Source: a virus. From it: a stretch of DNA of 34,098 nt. Shown piece after piece: positions 31,752-34,098 of this stretch. Within the stretch, counting starts at the first letter, position 1. Each line of letters opens with the position of its first letter. The stretch is taken from the IMG/VR virus record IMGVR_UViG_3300009965_000029. One strand, given 5' to 3'. A program made the position numbers and the translations under genes. Under the pieces are notes generated by a model that made no database searches, had not been told where the DNA came from, and saw only the letters and a program-made list of their open reading frames with translations.

Positions 31752-32000
31752 ATGTATACGCACGAAGATTTTAAAAAGTTCTCAAAAATCCTTGCTGATA
31801 ACGGCTATACATATAGCTATAACGAGGGCTCAGGGTCTCATCAATTTACTAGCGCAGATGGTGGCGAGTGTCTAGAATATCGTGATTATAGCACAGCAGA
31901 CGGCAAGCCCGAAGATTGGGGCGGTATCGTTTGTAGCGATTGGCACCGAATTTGCCTAAACATTGTGGAAGAATCAGGTTTTATTGATGGGATTGAATAA
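31752..32000 (+). CDS. Small acidic protein (82 aa)
   Basis: 16 Asp+Glu against 6 Lys+Arg. RBS AAAGGA. Confidence 0.65.
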   Translation: MYTHEDFKKFSKILADNGYTYSYNEGSGSHQFTSADGGECLEYRDYSTADGKPEDWGGIVCSDWHRICLNIVEESGFIDGIE

Positions 32001-32005
32001 GATTA

Positions 32006-32027
32006 TAAGGGCGATTAATCGCCCTTA
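32006..32027 (+). other. Intercistronic perfect 22-nt palindrome TAAGGGCGATT/AATCGCCCTTA
   Basis: Read directly from the sequence. Confidence 0.6.
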
Positions 32028-32049
32028 ATCGTTTGTTTAGGAGGTTTAA

Positions 32050-32418
32050 ATGATTATCAACGGCAAAAGATACGACACAGATAAAGCCGTATATATAGGC
32101 TTATACGATGAATCAAAGCTATACAGGAAGCGCACAGGGGAATTTTTTCTTGAAGATGGTGGAAAAATCAAACCACTGTTAATCGATGAAGCAAAGAAAA
32201 TTATTGAGGTTGTGGCACCTGAAAAAATGGCGGACTTATTCCCTGATACAACCATTATTGACAGGGTAAAGGCTCTTAGGGGGGCTCTAACACAGCACGA
32301 ATTTAGCAAGGCTTACGGTGTTCCTGCGAGGACCTTGCAAAGTTGGGAGATGGGCGACCGTGTACCTCCTGCTTATGTTCTTGACTTGTTAGAGTTCAGA
32401 ATCAAGCACGAAGCCTAA
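32050..32418 (+). CDS. Two-part protein: unknown N-domain plus C-terminal MqsA/HigA-like HTH
   Basis: LTQHEFSKAYGVPARTLQSWEMGDRVPPAYVLDLL is the HTH pattern (xRTLQxWExGxRxP). It is the last gene of the operon. RBS TAGGAGG. Confidence 0.7.
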   Translation: MIINGKRYDTDKAVYIGLYDESKLYRKRTGEFFLEDGGKIKPLLIDEAKKIIEVVAPEKMADLFPDTTIIDRVKALRGALTQHEFSKAYGVPARTLQSWEMGDRVPPAYVLDLLEFRIKHEA

Positions 32419-32639
32419 AATTGCGTTTTAAGAGGTTTTTATTTATTGCCCTATAAGATGGCACGAAAACCCTTAAACTGTTGCCAGTGGTTCGCTAGGC
32501 TTGTTACAAGCCTATGAATATATACCACTGCTAACTAGAATATAGTCGCTCAGTTAGAGCCTATAAAAAGTGGTCTGTGGGGAACCCTAAAAGATGGTGG
32601 TAAAATGCTCAAACTCTTAATTTAATACATCAAGAAAAA

Positions 32640-32667
32640 AGCCTTGAATAATCAAGGCTTTTCTTTT
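32640..32667. terminator. Bidirectional rho-independent terminator between convergent operons
   Basis: AGCCTTGA-ataa-TCAAGGCT, flanked by AAAAAA upstream and TTTTCTTTT downstream. It ends both the plus-strand accessory operon and the minus-strand early operon. Confidence 0.85.
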
Positions 32668-33073
32668 ATTTGATAATATATTCCACTCTGTCAAGTGTCG
32701 CTTCTTTTAGCCTGTGGGCTTTGGAAGAATTGAGGTTGAAATATTTCTGAACGGCTTTTGTTTTGTTGGGGATATTGTGCATATATAGTTCGTATATATA
32801 GTTTTCGTCTGCACTTGAACCCTCTATTAGCTTTGCTATCCCCTTAAAATACCACCTATAAGGCTTTAATCGTTTCTCGAATCTTTCCCTCTGTATGGCT
32901 TTGTTTTCCACTTCTGAAGCTATGTTGCTGCTCGTCACCCTTTCTTTTGAATAATCAAGTCCCATACTTGTTAGAATATCTTTGTATTCTTCGCAAAGCT
33001 TTTCGTATTCTTCCTTATTCCTTTTGTAGTCCATCAAATAAGCTTTTACATCAAACTTATAGTAGTTCTGCAT
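32666..33073 (-). CDS. RinA/ArpU-like late transcription activator
   Basis: 135 aa. Its layout parallels RinA-type activators of Firmicutes phages: YLMDYKRNKEEYEKL..DYSKERVTSSN..SEVENKA, then ENYIYELYM, then NLNSSKAHRLKEATLDRV. It is the last gene of the early operon. Confidence 0.5.
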   Translation of the reverse strand: MQNYYKFDVKAYLMDYKRNKEEYEKLCEEYKDILTSMGLDYSKERVTSSNIASEVENKAIQRERFEKRLKPYRWYFKGIAKLIEGSSADENYIYELYMHNIPNKTKAVQKYFNLNSSKAHRLKEATLDRVEYIIK

Positions 33074-33075
33074 TA

Positions 33076-33501
33076 TTATTTTCTCCTTACTACCTCAGGT
33101 CTTACACCGTCTTTGAGTGCTTTTAATACATCAGACTTCTGTTGCTCACTTCCAACGGCTAGAATGAGTAAAACCATAAAATGTTCTAACGGAAGTATAG
33201 CTTTCCACATTGTATCTTTATACTGCTTTTGACAAACAAGAGGAATGAATAAGTCGTGCCTTTCCATTCCGTGTTCTATCGCCCTGCCTAGATGTCTTTC
33301 AAGGCTTAATTTATCGCAGATTTTAGTTTCAATATGGCAATACGGCACTCCGTCAACAAAGTTGGTTTTATCCTCTAGCCTATTGATTTTCGCTTCGGTG
33401 AACCCCATTTGTCTAAACATCTTCGCCACTTCTTTGTCGCTCCAGGTTCCCCATTCAAAGCCGTTATATCGTTTCTGTTGCTCTTTTGATATTCTCCCCA
33501 T
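33076..33501 (-). CDS. Possible PD-(D/E)xK nuclease / Holliday-junction-resolvase-like protein
   Basis: KEVAKMFRQMGF...FVDGVPYCHIETK gives a D..ExK-like arrangement. Evidence is weak. Confidence 0.35.
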   Translation of the reverse strand: MGRISKEQQKRYNGFEWGTWSDKEVAKMFRQMGFTEAKINRLEDKTNFVDGVPYCHIETKICDKLSLERHLGRAIEHGMERHDLFIPLVCQKQYKDTMWKAILPLEHFMVLLILAVGSEQQKSDVLKALKDGVRPEVVRRK

Positions 33502-33903
33502 TTAGTCCTCCTCTGCAAGCCTAGCAAATTCCCAGTCAATAATTTGAGATTCGGTTTTTGATGTGCGTCCGTCTAGGTATGCATAGATTTTACCATCTTG
33601 GTATTTAGCAAAATAACGCCTATCCCACGGTCTTTCTCCATTTTCTCTAACCTCTATTAATGTGTCTTTCTCGACCTTAGCCCAATCGACCACAGGCTTG
33701 TCTTTTGTACCAAACATCATCACACTTCGTATATGATTTTCTGCACCTATATCAGCTATTTCCTCCGTTGATAAACAAGATATATTATGATACTTGCAAT
33801 CTTCACAATCTATATAAGGACAACAAGTTTCCTCGCTTTCTATTTCTATAAGTTTCTCTAAATATTCCATTGCCGAAACCTTTGTTACATCTATTTCGTT
33901 CAT
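33502..33903 (-). CDS. Hypothetical protein with an N-terminal Cys cluster
   Basis: 133-aa ORF with RBS GGAGAAG and a CCPYIDCEDCKYHNISC motif. Confidence 0.75.
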   Translation of the reverse strand: MNEIDVTKVSAMEYLEKLIEIESEETCCPYIDCEDCKYHNISCLSTEEIADIGAENHIRSVMMFGTKDKPVVDWAKVEKDTLIEVRENGERPWDRRYFAKYQDGKIYAYLDGRTSKTESQIIDWEFARLAEED

Positions 33904-33905
33904 AT

Positions 33906-34082
33906 TTACTTCTCCTTGATTTCCTTGATATTTTCTAGCGTAAATACTCGTTCATTATCTGTTCCATTTTTACAGTAGTAACATTCAGTTCCCATGATGA
34001 TAAGACTGTCCAATATTCCCTCGTGTACTGTATTGTCTGTCAATGTTACTTTAACTTTTTTGTTTATGTAATCATCTATCAT
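33906..34082 (-). CDS. Small protein (58 aa) whose gene spans the circularisation point
   Basis: Hand translation gives MIDDYINKKVKVTLTDNTVHEGILDSLIIMGTECYYCKNGTDNERVFTLENIKEIKEK. RBS GAGGGGAAA. The same ATG is at 109-111 in the left repeat copy. The ORF is only intact when the contig is read as a circle or in the right-hand copy. Confidence 0.55.
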   Translation of the reverse strand: MIDDYINKKVKVTLTDNTVHEGILDSLIIMGTECYYCKNGTDNERVFTLENIKEIKEK

Positions 34083-34098
34083 AGGTTTATTTCCCCTC
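33972..34098. repeat. Terminal direct repeat, copy 2 (identical to 1-127)
   Basis: Base-by-base comparison of the window start and end. Confidence 0.95.

Larger units (their letters stand above)
1..33971. mobile_element. Complete temperate phage genome, circular unit of 33,971 bp (early/replication, lysogeny, lysis, virion, packaging and accessory modules)
   Basis: Integrase, repressor/Cro switch, attP-like tRNA fragment, terminase, portal, capsid and holin/endolysin are all present. Bases 1-127 recur exactly at 33972-34098, so the contig closes on itself. Confidence 0.9.

Noticed and set aside
29974-32309. Minus-strand ORFs antisense to the accessory operon (29974-30201, 30360-30563, 30614-30823, 30893-31186, 32046-32309)
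   Set aside because: Each lies inside or against a plus-strand gene that has a strong RBS and a recognisable domain. None has its own RBS.

Overview
The window is one complete, circularly closed temperate phage genome. Bases 1-127 are repeated exactly at 33972-34098, so the unit length is 33,971 bp. The host is probably a Clostridia-class Firmicute, because the endolysin carries three CW_binding_2-type repeats and the attP core is the 3-prime half of a tRNA-Lys(CTT).

There appear to be four transcription units:
- A leftward early/replication operon runs from a consensus promoter at 9590-9618, through position 1 and across the junction, to a bidirectional terminator at 32640-32667. It encodes a Cro-like protein, an exported SLT transglycosylase, a Rad52-type annealase, NinB-like and DnaD-like organiser proteins, a G39P-like loader, SSB, DUF1064, a MazZ-like dNTP diphosphohydrolase and a RinA/ArpU-like late activator.
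- A rightward lysogeny unit at 9649-12070 encodes an S24 repressor, a TM+KTSC protein, a tyrosine integrase and attP.
- A leftward late operon at about 29550-12173 encodes a HExxH protein, TerS, TerL, portal, scaffold, capsid, a tail/ejection module that looks podovirus-like, a fibre, XhlA-like protein, holin and amidase.
- A rightward five-gene accessory operon at 29650-32667 sits between the late activator and the packaging genes.

That accessory operon is my best candidate for an undescribed host-takeover or anti-defence system. It encodes a J-domain protein, a DUF3560 protein, two strongly acidic proteins and a terminal HTH protein.

Other points worth follow-up:
- The predicted S24 nucleophile of the repressor is Cys rather than Ser.
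- Two identical palindromic operators lie 264 bp apart.
- Iterons phased at 11 bp lie inside the replisome-organiser gene.
- A chimeric gene carries a perfect 15-bp in-frame tandem repeat.
- The 512-bp TerS-TerL spacer is non-coding and repeat-rich.
- The late operon has a long, structured leader containing a terminator-like hairpin.

All functional calls rest on motif recognition by eye. No database search was run.
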